Assembly (NCBI RefSeq): GCF_018350175.1
Contig: NC_058368.1
Coordinates: forward strand, 198,278,001-198,342,000
Direction: 5' to 3'
Source: Felis catus
Lineage: Eukaryota
DNA length: 64,000 nt
Below are positions 10,292 to 22,597 of the stretch, piece after piece. A program made the translations under genes and the position numbers. The number at the start of each line of letters is the position of its first letter. Position 1 is the stretch's first letter. The notes beneath the pieces were generated by a model, which ran no database searches, was not told the DNA's origin, and was given only the letters and a program-made list of their open reading frames with translations.

Positions 10292-13200
10292 AAATGATCT
10301 TGAAGTGTAATTTTATGTCTGTTGAATCTTGTAATACAACAATGGAGGCTCATTTTATATGTCTTTTTCATTTCATCTTTTAATCTAATCATTCTTATTG
10401 TAACCTGTAAAAATACCAATTCACCGTGGATTAGAGGGGAAAAAACTGGTTCCAAATCGTAGGAGCTTTGAGAAGCAGTGCACAGATCACGATGCTGAGA
10501 TTTGGGGTTGTGAATGGTTCTTGCTTCCGGCCTTCCTAGGCCCCCCAAAGCAAAGCAGTGAGGGTGGAGAGCCTGGCCCAGGGCGCAGGGCCTTCCCAGG
10601 AGGGGAGTGGAGGGCAGAGGCAGCCTGGACCTCAGAAGTGCGCTTTTTCCCCTGGTCACAAAGCTTTCCCAGTTCTGCTTCCCAGTCTCACCCCAAACCT
10701 TATCATTTCTACCTTCTTTTTCTTTCAATAAAGGCTTTTCAAAGTTTAACTTTTTCTTCTCTTTCTTTGGTCAATTTTTTTTTTATGAGAGTGCATGCTC
10801 CCCACATATTTCACATGGCCTGCATTTTTATGAATCCAAGAATAAATGCATTTTTTGGCTAACAACTAGGAAGTATTTTTAGACTGATAGGGCTGTATTT
10901 TTGTCTTTTGCAGAGCATAACGTAATGCAAAGCAGATGCGGTTGCATGCAGGACCCTTTCATTCAGCACCCGGTTTCAGATGTGCTGCCGGCACACTGCG
11001 TCCCTTGAGAAATACATTAACACTTTAATAAAAAACTCATCTGACCCAAAGTAGCTCAACCTAGGGGGGTGAGCCAGCCAAAGAACGAGGAGCTGAGATC
11101 TTGCCTCTTTCTTCGAACTTCTTTGGGTCAGCTGCGTTTTAAGCTTGGCTTTGCAGGGGAGGGGGTTTTTGCAGTGGAGATGTTCAGCTAGCAAGTCAAG
11201 GAGAGCACAGAGGGTAGTGGGAGTAGGGGTGAGGTTCAAAGCCAGAAGAGATTACCGAGGGCAGATGAGAACCCTCCAGACTCATCGCTGTTGTTTTCCT
11301 CTACCACTCTCAGTTCCCTGACAGAGCAAGACCACACCCCAGAGGAGCCTACATGACAAAGAGAAAGAACTCTGCCAACCTATCCCACTCACAGAATCTT
11401 CCACTTGTCAACAGATCTGGAAGCAACCTCTGTCATCACCTACTTCAACATCCTTGTAGAGCTACACTCAGGCCAACACTCGGGTCTACCTTTGCTTAGT
11501 ACCATTATCACCTGAGTAGGTATCATGAATGAAATCGAGACCCAGAGAAGGTAAATCTCTCATCCAAGGCAACAGGGCTCGGAGTATAGCATACTCATTT
11601 CCACACAGTCCAGCAGGCTTGTTGTCAGGACCGATACAAAACTCCTAGAATATTCCTGGTGTGACTGAGGACTGGTTTTCTCCCTGCCAGCTGAGGGTTA
11701 AACCTGAAAAGATGCCAGCAGGGTTTCACTTGCTCTGCATACAGGAATTCTATGCATTTTAAATCAAGAGATCCTGGATTCCAGTAGATGAAAAGGGTTC
11801 ATAGGGCCGGAAGGGCCAAGCCCGTGTGAGCATTGTGCATTATCTTATTTCACTCTAGAGAATTAAAGCAAGGCGGTGGAGGGTGGGTCGTGCTTAAAAT
11901 CCTTCAAGGCAGAGGGTTATTTCAACTCTGCTATGATTGGAGCTAGGCGGGCATATTTATTCTATCCCAATAAAATAAACAGTAAAAACGAAGACCAATA
12001 AGAAAAAAAATTCTTGCAAATATCGCAGATTTAAGCCCCTATGAGAATCAAAATTAAGGAAATATCTACAGCCTTCTGCGGCTATACGCCCAAGTCTTCT
12101 TTTCTCTGAAAAATCTTTTGAGGTTTGAGAATAGCTCCAGGGAGAATAAATGGAAGGTAATTGGGATGTCGGCCTGTCAGTATCTGACTGGGAAAATGAC
12201 CAGCCTGAAAGAGTGGCCATGAGGTTTGCCTTGCAGATGGGCAGCATGAACAATGAATGAAAGCTGTGACGTAGTCGAAGAGCTGGCCGCTACAGGAAGA
12301 TCTGATGGGGCAGGTGATAAGCCTTCTCAGAGCTTTGTTCTCTTCACTTGGAAGTAATGGTGATAATACTTCCCTCATACAATTGTTTTTACTAGGTTGA
12401 TTGATGGCATAGGTGAATATTTAATAATAATTGTTAACATTTTTCTAACCCTTACTACGTGCTAACACCCTGTCCTGGATTTGTTTGTTGGTGTTTTAAG
12501 TCTTACTCGTGTCAGAAGAAACTTCAGGCAAATGATTTGCTCTTTATCCCTTTAGCCTTTCTTTATTCTCTGTGGAGAACAAAGCTCCGGAAATTAATCA
12601 TTTTGCCTACCTCATAGAGTTAGGAAAATTCCAGAAGTTAGTCTGTGAACATGATCATCCGAGTGTATGACCTGGTAAGTCCTTAATGAATATCAGCCAT
12701 TAAGATCCATTATTTTACACTGCCTGAGCCAAACCACATGGAAAGTCCTTGTGTGGGTGCTCTGCCCTTTTATTAAACTAGGTGGATATGTCTCTCTTTT
12801 ATTAAACTAGGTGGATATGTCTGTAATCTCCACCTAAGGGCTCATGCAAGATTCAAAGAGTAGATGACTTACACTGATCCGTCTTAGCATTGACCAGAGC
12901 CAGCTCAGATCTTGAAAGCAGTTTGTCTCCACAAGGCAGCCCTAGCCTGGGAGCCCACACACCAAGCCCTAGCCCGGTGGCCCACAAAATGCTCTATGGG
13001 GGTGGCACAGACACACTGCTTGCCTTTCCCTGCTGATCTACTGCAGATGGTCACTGGGGGACCTGGGTCTGGGTCTCTGAGGCTGCCAGGGATCATCAGC
13101 CAAAGGACGTTTATTGAAGACAGCCTGGGGCCATTGCAGCACCCAGGTTCACTTGGGGTGGTCAGAAGGAAGGGAACTGAAGAGAGCCAATAATTTTGTG

Positions 13201-14024
13201 AGGAAGGAAGTAAAGCTTCTATTAAAAAACATTCCTTAGTCATTCTTTTTAGTTCCTTAGCAGTTTATTTATTTAGTTTTTTCATTCCTTGCCAGTTTAA
13301 GGAAACGTGTGTGTGTGTATGAGTGTATGTGTGTGTAGATGTGTGTGCAGTGTGGAGCGTGTGTGTATGGATGTGCATGAATATATGAGTACACGTGCAT
13401 GCAGACAGCCCGTGTATTCTACCCCCAGGGGAAGTGAACTGACAACTTCCAGCAAACTAACATTTGCAGGGACCTTTTACCATGGATTCTCTGAAAGGAT
13501 CTGTATTTTAAATATTTGGGGTCAAAACATATTTTCTGAACTGGTCAACAGGATATGCGGTCTCAGTGTTTCATGTCATGGGTTATTAAGATGTTTCATC
13601 CTTTACCCAGTTTTCCCTAAAATACTCAAAGTCCCCACACCCATCCTCCATAATCACTCATTTAAAGTTTATCAAAAAACTATATTTTTCCCTTCCCCAA
13701 AACATATTTCTTAAGGTCTTTTTATGCATTCAGTTTTAGTTCTGGAAGCATTGCCATTTTTTTTTAAATTTTTGCCAGAGATTTACTCAATGATAAGGAA
13801 GAAAAGATGGCAGGATTGGGGTGGGGAGGGTGGGAGGCCAAGGAGGAGGGGAGAGGTGGATTAATCTTCAAAAATAAGACATCTCTCCTTCAAAATAACA
13901 CATCTCTTCGATGTGAAGCTTAACTAGAAAGCTATCTCTGGTTTTTCAAGGCTGGTCCTCAGCAATTATTCTCCCTGGATAATTTATAACCATAAAATAA
14001 CAGGCCTTAGAATTGTCTCCATTC

Positions 14025-14190
14025 CTTTGCTACTCAAAGTGTAGTCAGAGGGCCAGCAGCCTTAGCAACAACTGGGAGCTCCTTAGAAATGCAGAATCTC
14101 AGACTCTGACTCATCCCCACTGAAAAGAATCTATATTTCAACAGGATTCCCAGGTGACCACACACAGAACATCGGAGAAGCACTGGTCTA
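14025..14190. mobile_element. MER5A
   Basis: tgctactcaaagtgt...ttagaaatgcagaatctcag...agaagcactggtctaga. Confidence 0.8.
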
Positions 14191-15104
14191 GAGAACACCC
14201 CACTTCACAGACGTGGAAACTAAGGCCCAGAATAGATGATGACCATGACCTAGACATCTTCCTTTGTGGTAGGTGTACAAAAATGACTTGATTTACCTGT
14301 ACTTGAACCTGGCTTTTGTGCCCAGACTTCTCTCTGTAGAAGAAATCTTATTCTTGCCCAGTCAGGGTAACGTGACAGTCGTGGATTTTCTCAGTCTTAT
14401 TTGAGTAAACGATTAACTCAATATTGTCCCTCACTGTTTTCTCCTGTCCTTCTAGGCAGGGGTGGCCGAGCACCCAGGGGTCTCATTTTTAGTTTGGGAA
14501 TCAGAGAGGCAAGGCAAGATTGCAATGGATAATTATTCCATCTGCCCATCATAAGGTGCCTGGATCCAGAGGCAAGTAAGGCTAACATTCTTCACCTCTC
14601 CAGGGTAGAGCCCAATAGTCATGGAGCTTCTACTATTAGACAGATATTACCAAGTGGTCAACAAAACAGAAGAGGTCCCTGCTCCAGGAAGCTTACTTTC
14701 CAGTGGGAAAGATAAATATTAATTAATTATTAAATGACTAGAACAGTACTGAGGAGTGATACTTGGTGTTATGGGAGCATGTAATAGGGATTTGACCTTG
14801 TCCAGTGGTTAGGGAAAACAGACACTATGTTGGAAAGGAAAATGGCCCAAATGCAGGATGGAAATAAGGCCGTTGTGGCTAGAGCTCAGAAAGAACACTT
14901 CAGGAAAGGTTGGCAAGACTCAGACCATCGCAGGAACTTGCAGGCCATCCAAAGCAGCAGAGTAGGAAAGAGAAGTGGCAGTAATGTGATCAAGGTACAC
15001 TACATACATTTGGAGTCACTTCTGTAGGATATGGTGAATGGATCGAAGAAAGGGAAATGGGATGGTCAAATCAGTTAAGAGGCTTTACTCAAGATAAAGG
15101 ATGA

Positions 15105-15313
15105 GGGGTGCCTGCGTGGTTCAGTTGTTAGGCATCTGACTTTGGCTCAGGTCATGATCTCATGGTTTGTGGGTTGGATCCCCGCATGAGGCTATGCACT
15201 GACGGAGAGCCTGCTTCGGATCTTCTGTCACCCTCTGTCTCTGCAAGCACTCACTCTCTCTTTCTCTCCCTCAAAAATAAATAAAAAAAAAAAAACATTA
15301 AAAAAATAATAAA
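15105..15313 (+). mobile_element. CAN-SINE (diverged)
   Basis: ggggtgcctgcgtggttcag head, ggctcaggtcatgatctca, CT tract, AATAAA/A tail. Confidence 0.93.
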
Positions 15314-15644
15314 GTGGTTCTCATCCCCCTTGTCCTTCACATCACTAACCACCATCTGTTAAAAAAAAAAGAGAGAGATGAAATAGTCACAATAAGAGAT
15401 TGTATATCTTCCTCTGGGATAGCAGTAGAGATGGAAAAAATGGACAGGTTAAAAAAATAGAAATCTAGGAAGCAAAATAAATAGGACTTGGTGAAGGATT
15501 GGCTCTGGTTGGTATAGGAAACGGAGCTGGTCAGGAATGACTTTTGCTTTTCTGTGCTCTTATTCGGGTGGATGGTGGTGCTATTTGATAAGATAGAAGC
15601 CTCTGGACCAGGTTTTGGGAGAAAGATCGTCAGCTCAGTCTAGA

Positions 15645-15855
15645 ACTACACTGCCTCACATGGTAGCTCCTAGGCTACATGTGGCTATTTAAATTAAACT
15701 AAGTTTAATTTAAAGAAACTTAAAATTTCAACTCCTCCATCGCAATTGCCACATCTCCAGTGTTGGATAGTCACGTGTGGCTGGTGACTACCATAGTGGA
15801 CCATGCAGAGATAGAATATTTCCATCATCATAGAAAGTTCTAGTGGACAGCATTG
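15645..15855. mobile_element. MER3 (hAT-Charlie)
   Basis: acatgtggctatttaaatt...gtggctggtgactaccata...atttccatcatcatagaaagttctagtggacagcattg. Confidence 0.8.
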
Positions 15856-16609
15856 GTGTAGAGAGATTGAGTTTGAGATGTCTTTGGGACACCCAGAAGC
15901 ATTGTCAAGGCAACAGTTGATTATATATTGCTCTGGAGCCGGAGGAGAATTGTAGCTGGAAACCTAAATTCCATCCACACGTTTTATCAAATATTCACTG
16001 AGACCTTAGTACGTTTTATTCACTGCTGTCTCTAGTGCCTAGAGTAATATCTACCACAAAGTCTCACAGAGCTTACTCGCTCGTGGGGGGGGTGAATAGA
16101 TAATAAACAAATACAGAATATCTTGGGTGGTCATAAGTGCTGAGAAGAAACTTAAAGCAGGACAAGTGGGCTAGGGGATGGGAAGGGGTATGGGGCTCTT
16201 TTAGTTCTGGGGGTCAGGGGAGTCCTCTCTGATAAGATCACATTTAAAAAGAGTGAGATACATTCAAGGCATAAAGAGGCAGGATGGTGTTTGTGGTTCA
16301 TCTGCCTGTAGGTGGTATTTGAAGCCTTGGGCATGAGCAAGACTTCCTTGGAGAGAACACAGAGGAAGAGAAGGAAAGAGCCCAAGCTCCTACTGGTTGG
16401 GTCAGAAAGGCCAAATCTGCAGAGGAGACAGAGAAGAGGCAGGGAGGAAACAGGAGAAACTTGGGTCATAGAAGCCAAAGAAGGAGAATATTCTGAGAGG
16501 GAAGGTCTGGCCAATACCACTGATGGTCTGCTGTAGACTAAGAAGGTCCTGGGTCTGCCTGCTTGACGCAGAGCCATTGGTGCTCTTGGCTACTGTTGCT
16601 TCATTGGAG

Positions 16610-16616
<7 letters not shown>

Positions 16617-16648
<32 letters not shown>
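16617..16648. repeat. (GT)n microsatellite
   Basis: Uninterrupted GT array. Confidence 0.95.
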
Positions 16649-16658
<10 letters not shown>

Positions 16659-17084
16659 GGCTCCAGATTGGGATGGATTGAGGAGTGTGTGGTAGGCGAG
16701 GAAAGCGAGACCTGAGTCCAGACAATTTGGGAAGAATCAGAGACATAAGCATAGAGAAGGGAGTTTCTGGGGCTCAAGGCACAGTCTCAACCAGATACCA
16801 GCTCTGCCCTTCACCTTCCATCACCACCCAGCATCTGTTTCAAGTCAGAACACTAGCCAGTAGGGCCAAGGCGGGGGGGGGGGGAGGGGGGGGCAAGAGA
16901 GGGGTGCTGTGTGCTGCTAAGTTAGAAAACAGCAGCAGTAAAGGTAAATGTTGACATGTTGCCCAGAGGGCAGAGGAAGCAAGGACTAGGGGTCAGCTGA
17001 GATGCTGGACGTTTATGGATTCATTCAGTCATTCATGCAACAAATCACTGGCAGAGAGTATCTAACTGCATCTTAGAACACACA

Positions 17085-17262
17085 ATAGTAATAGCACTTT
17101 CAGAGTGTTACTATGTGCCGGGCTCTGTTCTCAGCCATGTGAGGGGAATATCATCCTTCATCCATGTTACAGACAAGAAGACTTAGGTGCGAAGAGGTTA
17201 AGCAACTCGCCCAAGGTCCCACACCACAGAATTTGTTAGGCTTGGATTCAAACCCCATTAAG
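17085..17262 (-). mobile_element. MIR SINE
   Basis: tactatgtgccggg...gaggttaagcaactcgcccaaggtcccaca...ggattcaaaccc. Confidence 0.75.
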
Positions 17263-17314
17263 AACAGGGTGCCACGGGGATACATCGAGGGACAGCTACC
17301 ATCTGTGCAGCTGC

Positions 17315-17560
17315 TCAGCAAGCACTTATTAAGCACCCACTGTGGTTAAGTGCTGGGAGGACAAGGATCAATTGAACACGGTCCCTGCCCTCCTATGGCT
17401 TATAGTTTGGTGGAGGAAAAGGACCTCAAGCAGGTGCCACACTACAGGGTGATAAACGCTATGGAGGGAAAGCATGTGTCACAGGAGCGCCACACCCAGC
17501 TCTCAGAGATCAGGGGAAGGCTTTTCCAGGGAAGAGATGGGGATAAACTGAATTGAGAAG
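17315..17560 (-). mobile_element. L2 3' fragment
   Basis: cacttattaagcacccactgtg...gtccctgccctcctatggcttatagtttggtggagg. Confidence 0.65.
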
Positions 17561-17843
17561 GCCGCCACAGTTGGCTTATAAGGGGGGCTGTGTAAAGGGA
17601 GAGTATTAAGAGCCACATCCAGGCCAACAGACCCGTGAGAGCTAGGGGTGGAGAGGAAGTAGTGAGGAAAAAGTGCAGAACCCACATGCCCTTTAAGGAG
17701 ATTAGGCATTTGCAGTCCCAGCCCAGCTAGTGGCTTCCAGGCACTGAGGATGACAGGAGGTCCGATCACTAGGTGGGGAAGTAGCCGTGCCAGGGGAAGT
17801 GAATGAGACTGTAGCTGAAGACGGACATTGGCCCGCTTCGCAG

Positions 17844-18520
17844 AGACAAAGATTCCCTCCTTGGCCAAACTCTAGCCAGGCTTCTTAGAGCCTTCTTCTC
17901 ACACAGGCCTCAGTCTTGGCCTCTAAAGACTCGAACAGAAACTCACACGGTTTCTAACAGCTCAAGGCCACATCCCTAGGATGACCTTGATCCCCTTGAA
18001 GTCCCTGACTGAGAAAATTCAAGGCTGCCGAAAGAACTGACCATTTGTTCCAGCTGAAACCTGACCACCCTTTCTCAGGGCATTTACTAAAAAGGGCTTG
18101 CTGTTGGAAATCCTTCCACTGTCCCTTTGAGGTCGACGTGTACCTCCTGCAACTTAGGAGTATCTTCTCAAGGACCTAAAAGGCACTCTTTGAAGTGTGA
18201 GATCATCAGGACGGATACGGCCTCTGCCTCCCAGTCTCTGTGGGAGGACAGACTCCCAACCTTGATCACCGCCAGCTGACAGACCAGCTGACCTAACCCT
18301 ATTTACACTGACCAATCCTTTGAAAGCTTTCAGGTCCCTGATTCCACTGAGCCCAGCTCACCCTTCCCTAGCCCCCGTTCTCTCGTTAAAACGCCCAGAC
18401 ACCTCTGTATAAATCTAGTCAAGCTTAGTTCACACTAGGCTCTCTTCCCTACTGCAACAGTTAGTCCTGGTTAAAATCTGTCCTTATCACTTTAACTAGT
18501 GTCTGATTTTATCTTTGACA
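17844..18520 (+). mobile_element. ERV1-class solo LTR, MER31-like
   Basis: Starts gacaaagattccctccttggccaaactctagccaggct and ends atctttgaca; 4-bp flanks gcag/acag. Confidence 0.75.
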
Positions 18521-18699
18521 ACAGTTAAGCTCGGAGTCAGATAAGAACCCACCAAACTTACTGAGCAGAATAATTTTAACTTGCGTATAGCTACGAGCAC
18601 ACAAACCCTGACGTCTGATGCCCAGAGGCCCGTGCACACTGGGCCATTCACAAAGCTCTTTCGACCTCCTTGGCCTGACACGGCCAGCTATACCTCTAT

Positions 18700-18975
18700 A
18701 CAGAACAAGAAACCGCTGACTCACTGAAAACAGAGCGCGTTTATAAACAGGAAGCTGAGTGTGTGACCACAGACATTCAGCATCTGATAGCAATTGCTGA
18801 ACGTGGCAAAAAAAAAAAAAAAAAGTTCAAATTAAAAAAAAAAGAATTCTGTGCCACCATATTAGAACTCTCTAGCTCGTGGAAAGACAATCCTACTATT
18901 GATCATTTATTAAATACTTAAATGAGGGTAGAAGAGTAGTTCTTATTTGGTCAGACCAAGTTGGTGAGTCAGGCA
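18700..18975. promoter_or_regulatory. Candidate enhancer (AP-1, FOX:ETS, RUNX, E-box, GATA cluster)
   Basis: TGACTCA 18717-23; TAAACAGGAAG 18744-54; ACCACA 18766-71; CATCTG 18781-86; TGATAG 18785-90; TGAGTCA 18965-71. Motif evidence only. Confidence 0.5.
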
Positions 18976-20489
18976 GACTGCAAATATTGATTGAATCCCT
19001 TGGAGCGTGTGGTTTCTCCTTTTCCTTTCTCCTCCCTCCCCAAGCAGAGCAAAAAGGCTCCTTGGTGAGTTTCGTGGCCATACAGAAGGGATTTGTTTTC
19101 CCTCTGCATTCCCGCAGTCCGCCTTCTCCACACAGCGGCTCTGTGCTGTGGCAAACACAGTCTCCACCGGGAGAGATGCACAAACACTGGCAGCTTAAAA
19201 GCCGCTACGCAGTGAAGCCTGCAGCACACTGCGTGGCTGGTGCTGGTTACAATGCAGAATTGCTGGGATCGAGCCTTGCAAAGGGTGTCAGGACCTGTAC
19301 TTCCCCTGTTCTCAGCAGAAAGGGAGCCATTCATTTTCCTTGTGTTCCCCCGTGGCGGGTGGGGGTGGGGGGGTTCAAACATATTAACCCAAGAAGGTAG
19401 ACTTCTACAGCCAAGGAAAGAGCCAGGTGGTTATCCCTAAGAGGTCTTCTGGGATCCGGCCCCACTGCCACATATGTCATCAGGACAAAGGTGTCTGAGC
19501 AATGTTTGGAATCTCCCTGCTTTTCGTCTGTGAAGTCAGGTCGTGGATAATAATAGCACGGTGTCTGGTACATAATAAAGCTCTTAATAGCGAGTAGCTA
19601 AGGGCTTTATTTGCACAGTTTTGTTTAATGTGCACGATAACCTCAGGAGACAAGCACTGGCAACCCCACTGGGTAAGTTAATAACACCCCTAGTGAATCA
19701 GTGAGTGGCCAGTTCAGGATCATGGTCCCGGTGTGCCTGGTTCCAGAGCATAGTCATTTGCCTTATTTATTGCTAAAGTTTTAGAGCAGGATGTGTCCCT
19801 TCCTTTATATCCGTACTGTACTTAGAGGTTCTGATCTGCAAATATCACCTACAAAGAACCCCTATTTGGTAGTTCTTCTGTGTTCCGTAGAGCACTTCCC
19901 ACTTGCTCTTCCATCATTTAGAAAGAAGATGCCATGTTGCAATTCACAAGTAGTAGTGGTTGTGTCTCAGTGCCTTGGACAACACGTTAGTATTGACATT
20001 AATAATAACTAACTTTATAGACTATTTGTTGTGTGCTGAAGAGTATGGGTCATTGGCTCCACTCTACAGATAAGGAATCCTGCCTGATGCTCAGAAAAGC
20101 TAAATCGGATTTCAGTGCAAGTAGGGAGACGCCAGAGCCCCTGCTCTCAACCATTATGCTGCACTGGGAAAGAGTCGTGCCTAGAACACCAGGGTATAAT
20201 TTATATAAGGAGTAGCCCGCTGCTTCTGCTGTTGTATTAAAGTCTGAAGAAAAAGGTCTTTGAGTCACGACAGTTACCACTGCAAAGTTTGGAGCTATCG
20301 GAAGCAGACCCCGACAAAGGTCCCTGTACAAGTGAGTATAAAGGAAGTGCTCTGATGGAAAGACCAGTGAAATGTAGGGGAAATGAGACAGGAAGCAAAG
20401 GTGCGGGTCAGTGAGAGTCCTGAGGACAAGGGGTACAGGACAGCTCGGGGGCATGTGAGGGTCGCGTACCTTAGGGGCTGTGGCATCTA

Positions 20490-21296
20490 CGTGTTACCGG
20501 GATTTAGCTCTGCTGAGTCACAGCAAACCCCATCTCCCAGAAACAACATAAAAGTGCCCGTCTCCCATAAACAAAGACCAAAGATAAGAAATCTGAGACC
20601 TCATGGTGCCAGAGCAGAGGTTGGCAAACCACGCCCTGCACCCAAACTGACCTGCTCCTGTTTCGTAAGCCTGTGAGCTAAGAATTGCTTTCATAGTTTT
20701 TCATGATTGAAAATAAATCGAAAGAGTATATGATTTGATGACATATGAAAATGATAAGAGAGTCCGTTTCACTGTAAATAAAGGTTTATTAGAATACACG
20801 TTGGAACATATTGGAACTCATTTATGGCATATTATTTATGGCTGTTTTCCCTCTAACATGGCACTGTTGACAAGTTGTGAAAGAGACCATATGGCCTGCA
20901 AAGCTGGGGATATTTATCATCTGCTCCTTTACAGAAACATTTTGCTGATCCCTTTTCTACAGTATCAGGGAGGGAACCAGAATTCTTCTAATTTGTTGCT
21001 CTGCCGTCCTCAACATTTGCTACTGCCTCGTGTTCTGAGATGGTTACTTAAACTCCAGCCACTGTGTCTGCGTTCCAGTCAGCGTAAAAGAGAACAAAGA
21101 GTTCACTTCCTCACTTCAAGAAAACTTCTGGTACAGTTTGTCTTCTACGTTAGTAGAAATTTGTCTCCTCGCCGCACTTAGCTCTACAACCTTAGTTCAA
21201 GAGGCTACGAACTTGGCAAAAAAAAAAAAAAAATGGGATTCCTGATGCAGGAAAAAAGAAAATGTATGTCAAGGACAATCAACAGTTCTGCCTCAC
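20490..21296 (-). mobile_element. Old MLT1 (J/K-like) LTR interrupted by MER58
   Basis: gctctgccgtcctcaaca..gatggttact..ctccagccactgtgtctgcgttccag; ends ttctgcctca. Highly diverged. Confidence 0.45.
20615..20954. mobile_element. MER58B-like hAT fossil
   Basis: TIRs cagaggttggcaaac / tttgctgatccctt; internal gtgagctaagaat and agagaccatatggcctgcaaagc. Confidence 0.85.
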
Positions 21297-21439
21297 CTTG
21301 GGAGGGTTTTAAAACAAGGAAATTTGAAAGAATGGTATATAATTCTACAAGGCACAGGGGAAACTGAATTGCTCTAACTCTTTACATTTAATTAATATTT
21401 CTTCTCTCCATTCCAAATTTCACCTATCTTAGTCCTTAA

Positions 21440-22210
21440 TTAGCACAGCAAATTAGTTACGTACCCGATTATCTTTTTTCTTGCCAGCTCTTTATGCCCA
21501 ACAAAAAGAATGTGTCCTTCTCAGAAATGCTCTCTTATTTATTCTAAAAATAATATATTCTCAGGAAAGAAAATATGAGGGCTCTTTGGAGAAGTAACTG
21601 AATCCAAATCCATGACAGAAAATCTACAAGAAGAGCCTGTAACATCTTTTTATACCAGGAAGCAAGGAAGTTAATCACACACCTCTGGGGCCATGACAAC
21701 AGGATCTGAGAACCACCTTGAAGTGATCTTCCTGCTATAAGAGAAGAATCATTTGAATTCAATACGAATATCTGAAATTGATTGAAACACCTCAGATATA
21801 TTTAAATTTATAAGTTTATAATTAAAAAAAACCCCACATTTGTCATCTTTACAGGTACTAGGTACAGAACTCATTGTTCTGAAAACTGTAAATAAAAGAA
21901 TCAAGAATTTAACTTGCCTTTCCTAAATTGTTCCTCAGGGTAACTAAATAGTTGAAAAAAGGAAAGATTCTCTTTAGAGAACTAATAAATAAAGAGTGAT
22001 AGAAAATCACCATTTTGCAAACCTGTAAATGATGACTTTAAGTAGGGCTCCTCAATAGCCACTAACACCATAAAACCTTAACGCCATAGAAAGAGAGAGA
22101 ACCAGACATTGTGTGTCTTCTAGGGGAAGCGCACCTTATTTCCACGAATCCTTGTTGCCAAAATTTGCACCTAAAATCTGGTTAAGTCTCTGCCTTAGCC
22201 ACTAACCGGC
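21440..22210 (+). mobile_element. Old L1 3' region (L1MC-like)
   Basis: gagggctctttggagaa, ataccaggaagcaaggaag, agaactcattgttctgaaaactgtaaataaaa, aaatcaccattttgcaa. Confidence 0.6.
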
Positions 22211-22289
22211 CTCAGGGAGGGGCGATAGTGTGATGAAATAAGATTCTAGATAGAACCCTGAGGAGCATTTCCATTGGTAAAAGAAGGGG

Positions 22290-22590
22290 AAATCTGGAGG
22301 GTACTAAGAAAAAAAATAGAAAATTAGGAGAATATTCAGGAGTGCAGGGCTGTGGAATCCAAGAGAAGATACGGTTTTAGGAAGAAGGAAGAGATAGACC
22401 ATGTAAAATGTTACAGGGGGAGACAAGGGCTGAAGAAATGACCACTGGGGGTCAGTGACAAGGAAGGCTACTGGTGACTTTGATGAGAAGACTTGATAGA
22501 AGCCCATTACCGGGGAGCTGATAACTGAGAAGAAGTTGAGGTGGTTAGAGAAAAGGTGGAGGACTTCATCAAAGTTGAGTCATGAGGATA
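22290..22590 (-). mobile_element. L2 fragment
   Basis: ggaatccaagagaaga..ggctgaagaaatgaccactgg..ggctactggtgactttgatgag. Confidence 0.55.
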
Positions 22591-22597
22591 CAGAAAC

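Larger units (their letters stand above)
14600..16760 (-). mobile_element. Fragmented L2 interrupted by a SINE, MER3 and a microsatellite
   Basis: Antisense L2 motifs: gtccctgctcc..gaagcttactttccagtggg, taggacttggtga, ttgagtttgagatgtct, gtcatagaagccaaagaagga. Confidence 0.65.

Noticed and set aside
10885..11032. Plus-strand terminal exon (ttttgtcttttgcAG at 10913, AATAAA at 11027)
   Set aside because: No linked upstream exon or promoter; such motif pairs are frequent by chance.
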